A DNA stretch of 64,000 nucleotides from Antechinus flavipes (lineage: Eukaryota). Shown here piece by piece: positions 1 to 12,639 of the stretch. Location: NCBI RefSeq assembly GCF_016432865.1, contig NC_067403.1, positions 245,892,001-245,956,000 of the forward strand. Direction: 5' to 3'. Each line of letters opens with the position of its first letter. Position 1 is the stretch's first letter. A program made the position numbers and the translations under genes. Below the pieces are notes generated by a model that did no database searches, was not told the origin of the DNA, and was given only the letters and a program-made list of their open reading frames with translations.

Positions 1-635
1 CCATTGAGTTTCTAATGGTTTGTCACAATATTTCAACAAGTAGCAAGTGGTGTGGCAGGATATCAGGTAACCAGAACAGTCATAGTAAATATAGCCTCAT
101 CTAGATCTTTAGGGGATCATAAAGTAGCTTGCCTTTTATGACTGATTTATTCCATCAGTTCTATCAAGCCAATATTCAATTCATTATGACTTTAGAGACT
201 GAAGTGAGAGGTTGACTGGATATTTTTTAAACCCAATTACTGGTTGAGACAATTTTTCTACTTTTCAAATGATTTTTTAGAGTACACTACAAAACCAATG
301 ACAATAACAGCAATGTCAAAACAAACAAAAAAGAAAGCTATCTTCTCATGATTTTTGGACTCTTGTTCTTAAAGATGAATTAGAATAGCATTTCATTCCA
401 GGAGAAATTCCTGTCTGTTCTGATTAAGTTCTGAGACCTCAACAGGGATGTTATTTTTCTTGCCCAATGAAAGCATATCCTTTCTTAATTCCCATCCTTT
501 AATAGTTCTCAAAATCCTGTTAAGCATCAATGTACTGACTGACCTCACCATCATTTGCATTTAGTGTATATGATTGTATATTAAGCAAAACAGTGAGAAA
601 ATCAAATTTGTTCCATTTCTCAATCAATTCTATTT

Positions 636-1311
636 TGTAATTGATTTTCCCCCCATGTATTTTGTATAACTTCCAAAATCTCTCTCTTTGACTCTGAAAT
701 GAGAAATTTCTAGCTTCAGAATTTCAGCCTTTGTCTCTAAACTTTTGTCCCATAACTCACCTTAATTCAAATCTTGTAGGAACTTGTAGGATTAATTCAA
801 AAAATATATATCACTTCTACACATCTTACTGTCTTACATGCATAGGGGAGGTCTTTTATCTCACTCACAAGCCTGCATGCCGTGCCAGAAAATCTGTTAT
901 CTCTGTTCTGCTAACAAGCCCCGCAGGATGCAGATGGGCTCCATAATCAGACAGCATTTCTTAAGGACAAGGAAAGGGTTCTTGCCCTGTATTACTGTAT
1001 TCTGAATTTCTAGCCAATTATACTGTTTTCCCCACATATGATGCTTGAGGCTTTTTAGCAAATCATGTTTTCCCCAGCTAAGATCCTGCCTTCTAATTTT
1101 TGGATACCTCTCCTTTTATCCATAAAAATTATTTGTCCACATTCTGGATATTTCTTTTCTTTTCTTTTTCCTTTTCTTTTCTTTTTTTTTGGGGGGGTAT
1201 GGAGGAGCTTAAGACTCCTTTTTACTTATAACTGATACCTCCCTTTACTAATACATTATACATGATTGGAACTTTGTGCCTCAGGTTACATTAATTTCAA
1301 TTATGACAACA
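636..1311 (+). mobile_element. Putative LTR-like element (left boundary uncertain); paralog at ~19646-20300
   Basis: Ends in ...GACAACA, with TATA-like CATAAAAA near 1120 and AATACA near 1250. The same terminus recurs inverted at 21696-21810. No TSD found. Confidence 0.35.
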
Positions 1312-3206
1312 GAAAAAGCCCTTTTAAGGCTAAGCTAATATACTTACAAGCAAAATGGTTCTATTAATGACAGCTCTTCTCAATTGGTTCATTGTGCTTA
1401 CCAGATAATCACTTGTTTTTTGCCTTGACCTCAGCCTAGGGTTATCATAGCCATCAAGTCTTAGGAAACAAAAGAAGAAAGAAAACTATCTTACTAGTGA
1501 TGAAATATTTTCAATATACTACTTTCAGGAAAAATATTCCTTCCTCTCTTCATGATTCTTGTTTAAATGTCTTTTTTAAGCTAGTTTCCTCACCATTTAT
1601 AAATATTACTCATTGATTTTTTTTTTCTCCCAAAAATCCCTAATGTGGAAATATTTTATATAACTATGTACTTAAGCTGTATAAATTGCTATCTGCCTCA
1701 AGGAAGCCCTGAGGAAGATAGAATCTGGAACTTAAAATTTAACAGCAAATGTTAATTTTCTCTTACGTATAATTGGGTAAAAACATTCAAAATAAATGTT
1801 ACTCATCTGAAGTCATTTGAAGAAAGCTTTTCTTAATACATTATCATTGTTCTTTCCAATTTATCAAATTTCTTCCTCTCCCTTAATTTTGCTGAGGTTA
1901 AAGAAACCTAATCTTCTTATGTAGCACAGAGACCAATATTTCAAGTAAATCAAATAAATTAAAGAGATTTCTAGAAGTAAAACCAGAAAGAATTGTCTTA
2001 TGTCCTCACAAGAAAAGGCGTCTCCATCCCACAAGCAGTTAGGCAAGGAGAGGTGAGGAGAGTTAACAGACAAGAATTACATAAGGGCTTGGGATAACAT
2101 TCCCTATGATCTGGATCTTTACCCTGATTAGCCAGCACAAATGATCTCATATTCTAAGTCATAAAAGAGGAAAAACTTTCAACCCAACCACATTTTAAGG
2201 ATTATTAAATTATCTTAGATGGGTGTTTCACTACTAATGTGGCGCCAATTTAGTTTCCCAAAAAAAAAAAGTTTTCATCCTTTTAAATCATGTGATCTCT
2301 GGAAAAAGAAACCTGTCCCTGAGGCACAATTGACCTTCACTCAATTATTACAACCCTGTCTCCATCTTGTGAGAGAGCTTTCACAGTTCACTTCATTCAT
2401 TTTGATGAAAGTTCTAATACCAGAATACAATATAATCATGTTAACTAATTCATTGATCATTAATTCTTCGCTAGCCACACATTTGGCATGTGCTTGTTAA
2501 TAACTAGCAACTGACACTGTATGTAATCAAAACTTTTTCTCACCTTTATCTATAAACATTTCTCTGAGAATTCATCAAAGACTCCAGTATTTCATATACT
2601 ATCTAAAATTCTTAATTTATATAATATTCCTAGTTATCAAATATAGATTTAGAGCTGGAAAAGTCCTCAGAAGTGTAGTAATCAATCCTTTAATTTAACA
2701 AAAGTAGAAATTTGAGCCTCCCAGTAATTGAAATAAGATGTCAGGAACACTATTCCAGTGGGCTTTCCACTGTCCCATCCTACCTTTTTCAAATTATAAG
2801 AAGTTAATACACCATTCTTTTATCATAATTTTTAAATGTATCTGTTTCAAAAGTCTATTCAGATTTTCAATTATTAACATGGAATTTTTTCTGCTTTGTT
2901 CTTATAGATTTTGAAAGTAATAATATCATGTTCATTTTAAAAAATTAACAACTATTGAAATGGTACCTCAGTTATTTAACTAACTTAATTGTATGCTTAA
3001 AATATTAATCAGTTTGTCAAAGTTTACAAACCACCTGAAATACTGTTACCTACCTACCATAAGGAAACAGTTTTCTCCTTACAAATTTTTTGGCACAATA
3101 ATCAAATACAAGGTTTTATTGATGTCTATGTCCCAAAAGGGTAATTGTCATATATCCCCAAAGAGCATGACTCATTCAGTTTTTAAGAAAGAAATTAACT
3201 GCAAAC

Positions 3207-3216
3207 TCCCTGGGGA
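3207..3216. promoter_or_regulatory. O/E (Ebf) site TCCCTGGGGA in a candidate OR promoter
   Basis: Exact TCCCNNGGGA match in non-repetitive DNA, conserved at 22331-22340, with minus-strand splice-donor-like motifs near 3045-3060. Confidence 0.4.
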
Positions 3217-3339
3217 ACTCAAAGTAGACTATATGTTAATTTAGAAGCTACTTTGAGTTCCTTCAAGACAGCAGTCCTAAAGCTGTTTCTCACTGGAAAA
3301 AGAGCATAATGGAAAGAAGCAATTGGACTTTAAAACTTA

Positions 3340-4680
3340 TGAGATTTTTTTTTCATTCTTTCAAATAAGTGTTCCATATTTTTGCTAGTGCAAATAAAAA
3401 ATACCTGCAAAGATAGTTTTCAACATTCACCCTTACAAAACCTTGTGCTTCAAATTTTTCTCCCTCCCTTTCCCTTAGTCCCCTCTCCTAGACAGCAAGC
3501 AATCCAATGTATGTCAAACATATGCAATCCTTCTACACCTTTTTCTATATTTATCATGCTACAAAAGAAAAATCACATAAAGTGAGAAAGAAAAAAAAGG
3601 AAGCAAACAACAACAAAAAGATGAATGTTGTGATCCATATTCAGTCTCCATTGTTCTCTCTCCAGATGCAGATGGCTGACTCCATCACTTCTATTTGAAT
3701 TGGCCTGAATCACCACCTTATTGAAAATAGCTGCATCCATCCAAGTTGATCATCACATAATCTTGTTGCTATTGTACAATGTTCTCTTGGTTCTATTCAC
3801 TTCACTTAGCATCAGTTCATATAAGCCTCTACAAACTTTTCTGAAATCATCCTGCTGAATATATGTTTCTTATAGGACAATAATATTTCATTACTAACTT
3901 ATTCAGCCATTCCCCAACTAGTGGGCATCCACTTAGTTTACAACTCTTGACCACTACAAAAAGGGCTGCTACCAACATTTTTGCACATGGGAGTCTTTTC
4001 CCCTCTTTTATGATCTCTTTAAGATACAGATTCAATAAAGACACTGCTAGATTAAAGGGTATGCACAGTTTGTTTTTTTTCCCTTACAATTTTATTTATT
4101 TTGTTTTTTTAATTGAATTTTATTTTATTTTATTTTCAAAGTACAAGGATATTCAAAGATAATTTTTCCACACTGACCCTTGAAAAACATTGTGTTCCAA
4201 ATTTCTGCCTTTTTTCCCTACCCCTTCCCAGATGGCATATAATTCAATATATGTAATATATGTTAAACATGGTAAAAATATATGTTAAATCCAATATAGG
4301 CATACATATTTATATAATTATCGTGCTGTACAAGAAAAATCAGATCAAAAAGTTAAAAAAAAAAAGAAAAAGAAATAAAATTCAAGCAAATCACAACAAA
4401 AAGAGTGAGAATGTTCTGTTGTGATCCACACTCAGTTTCCACAGTCCTCTCTCTAGGTATAGCTAGCTCTCTTCATCACAAAATCATTGGAATTGGTCTG
4501 AATCATCTCATTGTTGAAAAAAGCCACAACTATCAGAACTGATCATCATATAATCTTTTTTCTGTATACAGTGATCTCCTGGTTCTGTTCATTTTACTCA
4601 GCATCAGTTCATGTAAGTCTCTCCAGGCCTCTCTGAAATCATCCTGCTGGTGGTTCCTTTTTTTACAACAATTTTTTTTT
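3340..4680 (-). mobile_element. Nested old L1 3'-end fragments (ORF2 C-terminus and 3'UTR); paralog at ~22480-23790
   Basis: The 3847-4044 frame gives the L1 ORF2 C-terminal motif ...AALFVV...GCP..GEWLNKL. Repeated marsupial L1 3'UTR motifs end in T-tracts. Confidence 0.8.
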
Positions 4681-4861
4681 TTTTATTATTAAAGGTTTAT
4701 TATTTGGGGGGAGAGGCGGAGAAAAGATGACACTCACCTTTTGTCTGAGCTCTTCCCAACACCTTCACACTTAGAGAAAACCCAGCCTCTGAATTAGTTT
4801 TTAAATGACAGAAACCACAAATATTGAGAGTGTAACAAACTACCAACATAAGATAATTTCT

Positions 4862-5045
4862 TTTTTTTTTTTCTTATTTATTTATTTATTATTATTATTA
4901 TTATTTTTTTGCTGAAGTAACTGAGGTTAAGTGACTTGCCCAGGGTCACTCAACTAGGAATTGTTAAGGGTCTGGGACAAGATTTGAACTCAGGTCCTCC
5001 TGACTTCAGAGCTGGTGCTTTATCCACTGTGTCACCTAGCTGCCC
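4862..5045 (-). mobile_element. CORE-SINE (WSINE1-like) with 13-bp TSD TAAGATAATTTCT; paralog at 23967-24131
   Basis: tRNA-derived head GGGCAGCTAGGTG..., T-tract tail. TSD copies at 4849-4861 and 5046-5058. Confidence 0.9.
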
Positions 5046-5723
5046 TAAGATAATTTCTAAGATCACCAGAAAAGGTCTGTTTCAATCAGGCACAGAGAGA
5101 GGCAGGCCAAGCACAAGCAGGCTGACTACAGACGCAAAGCAAAGGCAGCACAGATCTGGGGCAGTGAGAGCTCTGTGTGCTGGAGAATCTACAGCAGTGT
5201 TGGCTACTCTGCCCTTGTTGCAAGGCAGTAAACCAGCAGAGAAGTTAGAAAACACCCAACACCAAGACAAAAGGTAAATAGTGAACCCCAAAACACCAGA
5301 ATCTCACAGAACCAGGCCACACTCACCCAGAACTGGATGTCAATAAGCACTGACCCAGCTCGGCTACTTCCAATTGTAGAAGGTTGGACAACCTCCCTTG
5401 CCCTAAAAATAGATCTCAACTTTTAATAAAAATGAGCAAAAAAGCAAAAAGAACACTTACCCTACATAGTTGTTATGGCAAAATACAAGAACAGATTTCA
5501 AACCCTGAGGTCACTAAATGCAGATTGTCTCCAAATGAAGTCCCTAAAGGTGATATAAATTGGTCCTCATCTCACAAGGCTCTCTTGGAAGAAATTTTAA
5601 AAAGGATCTTAAAAGAGAGCTAGAAGATAAATTGGGAAATAAATGAGAACTTTGCAAGAAGGTTTAGAAACGAAAACACAGAAGTTAACTGAAGAAAACT
5701 CCTTACATAATCGATTTAGTGTA

Positions 5724-5940
5724 GGGCAGCTAGAAGGCATAGTGGATAGAGCATTGGCCTTGAATTCAGGAGAATCTGACTTCAAATCTGGCCTCAGACA
5801 CTTAATAATTCCTAGCTGGATGATGCTAGGCAAGTCACTTAAACCCAAATGCCTCAGAAAAAAAAAAAAAAAAAAAAGAAAAAGAAAAAAGAATGCAAAA
5901 AAAAAAAAAAAAAAAAGAAAAGAAAGAAAAAGAAAAAAAA
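5724..5940 (+). mobile_element. CORE-SINE (WSINE1-like) with expanded A-rich tail; paralog at ~24812-24972
   Basis: Head GGGCAGCTAG, A tail, degenerate TSD AT(C/A)GATTTAGTG, interrupting L1 ORF1. Confidence 0.9.
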
Positions 5941-6102
5941 TAGATTTAGTGAAATGGAAAAAGCGTATAATACCTCGCAAAATACATTTGACTATTAGAA
6001 AATGGAAATGGAAAAAGAAAACAATTCCCTAAAAAACAGAATTTGTGAAACAGAAAAAAGAAAACAACTCCCTGTAAAACAGAATGAGTGAAATAGAAAA
6101 AA

Positions 6103-8295
6103 TCACAAGAGCATTGGAACTGGCCTGAATCATCTCATTGTTGAAAAGAGCCATGTCCATTAGAATTGACCACAGTATAATCTTGTTGTTGCAGTGTAAC
6201 ATGATCTCCTCTCCTGCTCATTTCACTCAACATCAGTTCATGTAAGTCTATGCCAGGCCTCTCTGAAATCATCCTGCTGATCAGTTTTTACAAAACAATA
6301 GTATTCCATAATACTCATATCCCATAATTTATTTAGGCATTCCCCAACTGATGGGCATCCACTCATTTTCCAGTTCCTTGTCACTATGAAAAGAGCTGCT
6401 ACAAGTATTTTTATACATGTGGTTCCTTTTTGTGCAGATGGCCACAGATAGTGTGGAAACCTGGTAAGAGTATAAGACCCATTAGTCCTGTAAAAGAAAC
6501 CCTACGGATGGTGTCTGGTTTGGTTCTTATCCCCCAAAGACTCTCAACCTTCCTGAGAAATCAGGGGGTGAAACAACCTGTGTTGTAATTAAAGCAGAGT
6601 TATACCAAATGGCAGAGACATCTAAGCACAATAGCAATTTGTTTGTATGGTGCAGCTTGTGCAGTATATTCTTAGCGAATGTGCGGTGTGCTATAGTTAT
6701 GCAAATGTATTAGGGTATATAAGGCTGAGGGAATTTGGAATAAACAAACTCCATGTTTGACCATCCATGTGGGTTTTGCCTCTTCACTCCTCTTCTAAGA
6801 TCAAGGACTCAGGCTGGTACCAAGATTCTCCAGAGACCTAGTCTGGATATTATATTTTCCCTCTTTTAAGATCTCTTTGTCATATACACACAGTAGAAAT
6901 ACTGCTGGATCAAAGGATATGCACAATTTGATAGCACTTTGAGCATCATTCTAAATTGTTCTCCAGAATGGTTGGATAAGTTCCCAACTCCACCAACAAT
7001 GTATTACTTTCCCAGTTTTCCCACATCCTCTCCAACAGTTTCTATTTTATGCAAGTAAACATCTAGAGAGGCAAAATTTTCCCTAATATACTCTCTGGTT
7101 CCATCTCAAAAATTTTTTTATGCTGTCTCATTGTTGTCATTCTCTTGAAGGAAATAATTGATTGTGTTTATAATTTGTTTTTTCACTCACTCATTCTTTG
7201 GAATTAAAATATTTCCCCTGCCTTTTTTTTTTTTTACATGTAATTTATACTGCATCATTATCTGAGAAAATATATTTACTATTTCTGCCTTTCTGTATTT
7301 GACTTTTTTTTTATTTTTATGCCCTAATATATTATCAGTTTTTCTATAGTTTCCATGTATTGCTGAGGGGAAAAAAAAAGTATATTTTCTTCTGCTCCTT
7401 TAAATTTTCTTCAATGGTCTATTATCCCTTATTTTTCTAGGATTCTATTTACCTCCATAACTTCTTTCTTCCTTATTTTGTGCTTCAATTTATCTAATTC
7501 TGATATAGAAAGGTTGACAGCCCCCAGTACTATAGTTTTGCTATCTAATTCTTCTTATGACTTTCTTAACTTCTCTACAAATTTGGATGGTATACTACTT
7601 GGTGTCTATGTGTTTAGTTTTCATATTGCATTATTACCAATGGTACCCATTAGCAAGATATAATTACCTTTCCTATCTCTTTTTAATTAGATCTGTTTTT
7701 GCTTTTGTTTGCTCTGAGATCAGAATCACTACCCCTTGCTTTTTTCTTCTTCTTCAGCTGAAGTACAGTAGAGTCTGCTCCAGATGTGTACCTTTACTCT
7801 AAATGTATTACTCTACTTTAAATGTGTTTCTTTAAACAACAAATTGTAGGATGCTGGCTTTTATTCCAGTCTGTTATCCACTTTGATTTTATGCAAGAGT
7901 TTAGCCCAGTCACATTCACAAATAAAAGTATGAACTCTGTATTTCCTGCTGTCTTGTTTATCCCCAGTTATACTTTTCTCTTCCCTTTCCTCCTTTCCTT
8001 CCTCCCCAGTATTTGGCATTGAGACCCTTTTTCTCAAACAGCTCTCCCCTTTTGCAGTTGCTCCCCCTTTATTTTACCTTTCTCTTTTTATTTCTGTTCT
8101 CCCTTCTATTAGCCTTTCCCATTTCTTTCCTCTTTCCCCTCTTACTCCTTGTAGGGTGAGACAAGCTTGTCTGTGAAGCTTAATGTGTCTGATATTCCCT
8201 CTTTTAGCCAAATCTGATGAGATTAAGATTCACACAATGCTCATTATCCTCCCTTCTTTCCCTCAATTATAACAGGTCTTTTTTTTTTACCTCCT
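6103..8295 (-). mobile_element. Internally deleted old L1 (ORF2 C-terminal piece joined to endonuclease and spacer piece), interrupted by an LTR
   Basis: 7200-8290 aligns with the endonuclease and spacer part of the young L1 (55400-56500). 6103-7040 matches L1 3' sequence. Confidence 0.8.
6431..6854 (+). mobile_element. Solo LTR (family A) with 4-bp TSD TTTT
   Basis: TGTG...TATA termini, TATATAA at 6716-6722, AATAAA at 6739-6744. The flanks rejoin into continuous L1 sequence. Confidence 0.75.
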
Positions 8296-8722
8296 TGTGA
8301 TGTCCAAATGTGCTCATGGGAGGACTTTGGTGCCAGCCCAAGCCCTGATCTTGGGTGAGGAGTGATGAGGCAGAAGTCAGGAGGATGGTCAAGCAGCAAT
8401 CCCTTTATTAAAAAAAAATCCTCTGCCTTATATACCCTATGCTTATGTAAGACACTTACCTAACTGCTCATGCACTAATTATGGAATACTGTTCATTCAG
8501 GACCACATAAACGACTTGCTATTTTGTTCATACATTTCCTTGTCTTTAGTATAACTCTGCTTCAAGTACAACACATATTGTTATGCCCCCTGAATTATCA
8601 GGAAGGCCTTGATGCCTTCAGAGGGGTTGGGGAGCCAAAGCAGACACTGTGAGCAGGGTTTCTTACTGGACTAAAGGGTCTTATACCTCACCCAGGCTTC
8701 CCAATATTTGTGGTCCTCTACA
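8296..8722 (-). mobile_element. Solo LTR (family A)
   Basis: TG...CA termini on the minus strand, TATA at 8428-8434, AATAAA at 8404-8409. Homologous to 6431-6854. Confidence 0.75.
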
Positions 8723-8924
8723 TCTCTCCCTTTCTTTTTGTGTTAATTGAAGGTTACATATCAGTGGTTAAATACATAAAATGGTGGATTACAAGTTTCA
8801 GCAACGAGGAGTCACACAAGCAAGTAGTAATATAACAAGTAATGTAAAGAAACAAGATGAAATAAAAGACTTCCATGAGCCCCAGAAGGAAGGTATAAAA
8901 ATAGCTATTGTTTTCCATATCTCC

Positions 8925-9245
8925 TCCATTGAGTGATGAGGCAGAATTCATGAAGATGGTTAAAAAGGAGTCCATTTAGTCAAAAAATCTTCAACATTAT
9001 GTCATCTAATGCCCTTACATTACTATAGGCTATTGCACATGTGGGACCACAACTTGCTATTGTGTTCAGATGTCTCTTTGCCACTTGGTATCACTCTGTT
9101 TTAATTATAAAAACTGTAACACTCTTGACTTCTCAGGAAAGCTGAGATGGGAAGCCAAACCAGACTGGTCAGCAGTATTCCTTACCAGATTAAAGGAGTC
9201 TTTTAACTCACTAAGAGTTCCCCACTATCTCTGGTTTTCTATACA
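8925..9245 (-). mobile_element. Truncated LTR (family A)
   Basis: Aligns to the reverse complement of 6431-6780, for example TTGCTATTGTGTTCAGATGTCTC. Confidence 0.65.
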
Positions 9246-9249
9246 GTTT

Positions 9250-10990
9250 CTCTGTTTTTGTTCTACCCCCTTCAGCTGTCTCTTTCCCTGCCTATATGTA
9301 GGGATGAATATCTGTCTCTGTCTGCATCTCTGTTTCTGTCTGTTTTTCTCTGCTTCTCTTTGGCTATTTTTCTTTTCTCCTCTCTGTCTTTCTCTTAAAC
9401 ACACACAAACACACAATGAGATGGGTATTTTTTTAACAAAAAAAGTCCTTCTCCCCTCCCCCCCATCTTACTAGGATAGCAGTAGAAAGCACTATAAAAT
9501 CACATTCAAAGTATTTATGGAGCATTGTCATTATTTAGTAAACAATAAAGGTCTTAATTTCAGTCACAATTGAACTAAAGAAAATGGAAATTTGGGGCTG
9601 ATGTTTTCTATTTTCATATAGAATCTCTTGACAGGTTCTCATTTTAGTATAATTTCAGTGCAATGGAAAAACAATCTGAAGTAATTTTTTAATAGGAAGT
9701 ATAGTAAATGAGAATACTAATCCTCTTGGATTTGACTAATGGCTCCATACACTAGATTCATTTAGGAAGTAGTTTGCTCAGTGCAGCAATAACATCCTTA
9801 TTTTTCAGACTGTAGATTAGGGGGTTAAACATTGGGGTGACAATAGTGTAGAAAAGAACAAGCACTTTGCTAGATGCTGATGATTGACTCAGTTTTGGCT
9901 GCAAATACACAATACTTCCAGACCTATAGAAAAAGCATACAACTGTTATGTGGGAAGAACAGGTGGAGAAGGCTTTAGATCTCCCTGAGATGGAGGGCAA
10001 TTTCATTAATGTAATTATGATTTTGACATAGGAGACCATTATCAACAAAAAGGGAATTGTAATAAATAGTAGAGCCACAAGATGGACAGAGACCTCTATC
10101 TTATATGTGTCTGTACACACCAATGGGAATAAAGTTGGGGCATCACAGAAAACATGATTGATTTTTTTTTAGGACCACAGAAGTTTAAAGAGAAAATCTG
10201 ATATATCTGACCAATCATAATTGGAACCCCAGTCAGCCAGGAAGCCACAACCAATTGGACACACACTTTGTGATTCATGATGAGAGTCTAATAGAGAAGC
10301 TTAGTGATTGCCACATGATGGTCTTAAGCCATCACAATCAGAAAAAGGCACTCGGCCCCTCCACAAATATAAAGACAAAAAGTTTGCACAGCATAGGCCA
10401 GGAAGGAAATAGTTGGTTATGGGTCCAGAGATCTGCCAACATTCTGGGCAAAGTGACTGATGTGTAACATATTTCCAAAAAGGAAAAGTTCCCTAGGAAA
10501 AAATACATAGGAGTATGAAGAGCTTGATCAGTCTTGATTATAAAAAGGAGGTCGTTTCCTAACAGTATACTTATGTAGATGACAGAATATCCCAAATAGG
10601 AATCCTTGGAGACTGGGCAAATTAGAAAATCCCAGGAGAATGAATTCCTTCACATTTGTGAGATTTTCCTCTGGCACTGTGTCTTTCTTCTGCCTGTGAA
10701 AATGATGGGTTAAAAATGAAGCTATCACTTTCCTTCTGTGGTTCACAGTTTCCCTCCTCCAAACAGGAACAGTTGGATTTGAAGATCTACTATTTTCCTC
10801 CTAGATTTAATTTCATGTTTTCATCACCAGCTCTAACATACAATGTTATATTCTTTCATTTGCTGTCTCAATTCGAACATTCTATATAATAGGGGGCTGG
10901 GGGGAGACAACAAATCAACTAATAAGGGATTAAGTCCTATACCAGGGACTCTAATCATGTTCTATGACTATGATTGTAGGGGGGAAAATT
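9250..10990. repeat. Older tandem duplication unit containing OR10AG-like; paralogous to ~15600-17290
   Basis: Shared 3' (TC)/(CA) compound microsatellite, 3'UTR, CDS and upstream splice-acceptor region. Confidence 0.9.
9758..10677 (-). pseudogene. OR10AG1-like: Olfactory receptor pseudogene, OR10AG-like
   Basis: Aligns with the 16085-17008 gene. The start codon is changed from ATG to GTG (10675-10677). Indels lie near 10585 (-2), 10410 (-1) and in the T-run near 10165 (+2). In-frame stops occur at MA*D and LY*T. Confidence 0.95.
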
Positions 10991-12348
10991 GTTCTTAAAA
11001 TCCTCAATTTAAGTAAGAACAAAATTCTACATCATATTGAACATTTCCGTTTTGTGATTTGCCTATTTAAGGTCTTTCTTATTTCTATACCACTGGCTGT
11101 GTAGTCTTCTCCTGTAAGGCAAAAATCAGTTTCACCTTGTTTGAATTATTCTGTCATAGCATTTATATCAGATGTTTGTCAATTAACAAATGGTTACTAC
11201 TTAATCGTAATGATCTATTCCAAATATATATCCTGTATTTGTGAAATATTTTAAAAAATAGATATACTTTCTGGGTAATTTAATAATTTAAAAAAATTAA
11301 GTCCAGCAGTCTATTAAAGAAAGTATGATCATTAACCAATCATTCCTAAACCAAAGACAACAATGGTAATGGGCTTCAGTTTAAAAATTATTGCAACTAG
11401 AGACTTACAGCACACCATTGTTTATGTCACCCCTGTACACAGAAAATTTCTAGACAGCAGATGACTCCCAATCTTAAACTATTTAGACAAAAAGATCTGT
11501 GTCTTTCAAATTTGATTATGATACAATAGGTTTCCTTGCTTCACATTACATTCCTTTCAAGGTTGTGTGGGATATGATCAAGATCTATTAGTTTCAATGC
11601 AATCTAATTGTAAGGGATGTTTTTTGAAGAAAAAATGACCTTTTTATTTTACTTTTAAAATCCAATATATGCAAACATAATTATACAATTATCTTGCTGC
11701 ACAAGAAAAATCAAATTAAACTGGAAAAAACCGAGAAAGAAATCAAATTGCAAGCAAACAACAACAAAAAGAGTGAAAATGCTCTGTTGTGAACCACACT
11801 CAGTTCCCACAGTCCTCTCTCTGGTTGTAGATGGCTCTCCTTATCACAAGAAAAATAATCTTTTTAAAATGATAAATTCAGGAGAAGAGAGAGCTTCTGA
11901 ATTTCCTCAAGATATTGATTATTAATATTCATTGATCACTTTAGTACTAGTTTCTTAGCACCTTAAAGTTAATGATCATTCATTTTGCAATGCTATTGAT
12001 TTTCAACTGAATGCACATAAGTATTTAATATATATTTCACTTATGAATTATCAAATTTATACATCAGTCCAGTGATTTATTCACTATACCAAGTAGTTGC
12101 CCCAATTTGGTTTAAGATTAAAAACCCAAAGCTCTTTAGATTTCTATTTCTTTATACTAAAACATTTAAGTAATATTCTTTAGCAAATTGTTCCTAATTT
12201 TTTTTTTCATTTTGTCAGTCGTTTTTCCAATTTTGGTTACTTTGCTTTTAATCACAATGTGCAAGTTAATAGTTAACAAGCATTTACATACTGTGCTTTA
12301 ACACCCATGGAATGATGTATGATCACATAGTTGACTCATTTTACCTTC

Positions 12349-12351
<3 letters not shown>

Positions 12352-12390
<39 letters not shown>
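12352..12390. repeat. (TA)n microsatellite
   Basis: Direct reading of the sequence. Confidence 0.95.
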
Positions 12391-12394
<4 letters not shown>

Positions 12395-12639
12395 AAATTT
12401 ACTCTACATAATTTCAATTTTGTAACAATCCTCTAACAAATCTGTCTGTCTCTCTAGCTCTCTCAATTTTTTTCAATGAATTAGTTCAATTTTGGTTCAA
12501 GTACTTTCTTTTTCAATAAATGGTGCTATTTTGAAAATACTCTTCTCTCCACTATCTGACTTTCACAGTAAATATATCTCAAAGTAAATGAGGGCATTTC
12601 AAAGGGTTTGCCATTTTATATTTGAGCAAAATGAAGCAG

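Larger units (their letters stand above)
1..6102. repeat. Segmental duplication copy A (left end lies outside the window); paralogous to ~19002-25134
   Basis: Collinear match from position 1 (CCATTGAGTTTCT) to 19002. About 90% identical over the first 120 bp and about 96% over 2690-3300. Shares SINE and L1 insertions with copy B. Confidence 0.95.
4706..6102 (+). mobile_element. Old L1 5'UTR and degenerate start of ORF1 (copy A)
   Basis: G-rich start with AAGATGAC (degenerate AAGATGGC). The ORF1 start MSKKAKRTLT is homologous to the young L1 ORF1 MSKKLKRTLT. Confidence 0.85.

Noticed and set aside
2993-3244. 83-aa ORF also present at 22117-22356
   Set aside because: The similarity is explained by the segmental duplication. 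There is no recognisable domain, the stop position differs between copies, and a regulatory role fits better.
4862-5045. tRNA-like A/B boxes as tRNA genes (also in the other SINEs)
   Set aside because: They are tRNA-derived SINE heads with a CORE, a tail and TSDs, and do not form cloverleaf genes.
5609-6032. Lys-rich and Phe-rich ORFs of 123-129 aa
   Set aside because: They are translations of a SINE and its A-rich tail inside decayed L1 ORF1.
6431-8722. Inverted LTR pair as a composite transposon or inversion
   Set aside because: The L1 sequence is continuous and keeps its orientation across the left LTR, which has its own TSD. These are independent insertions.
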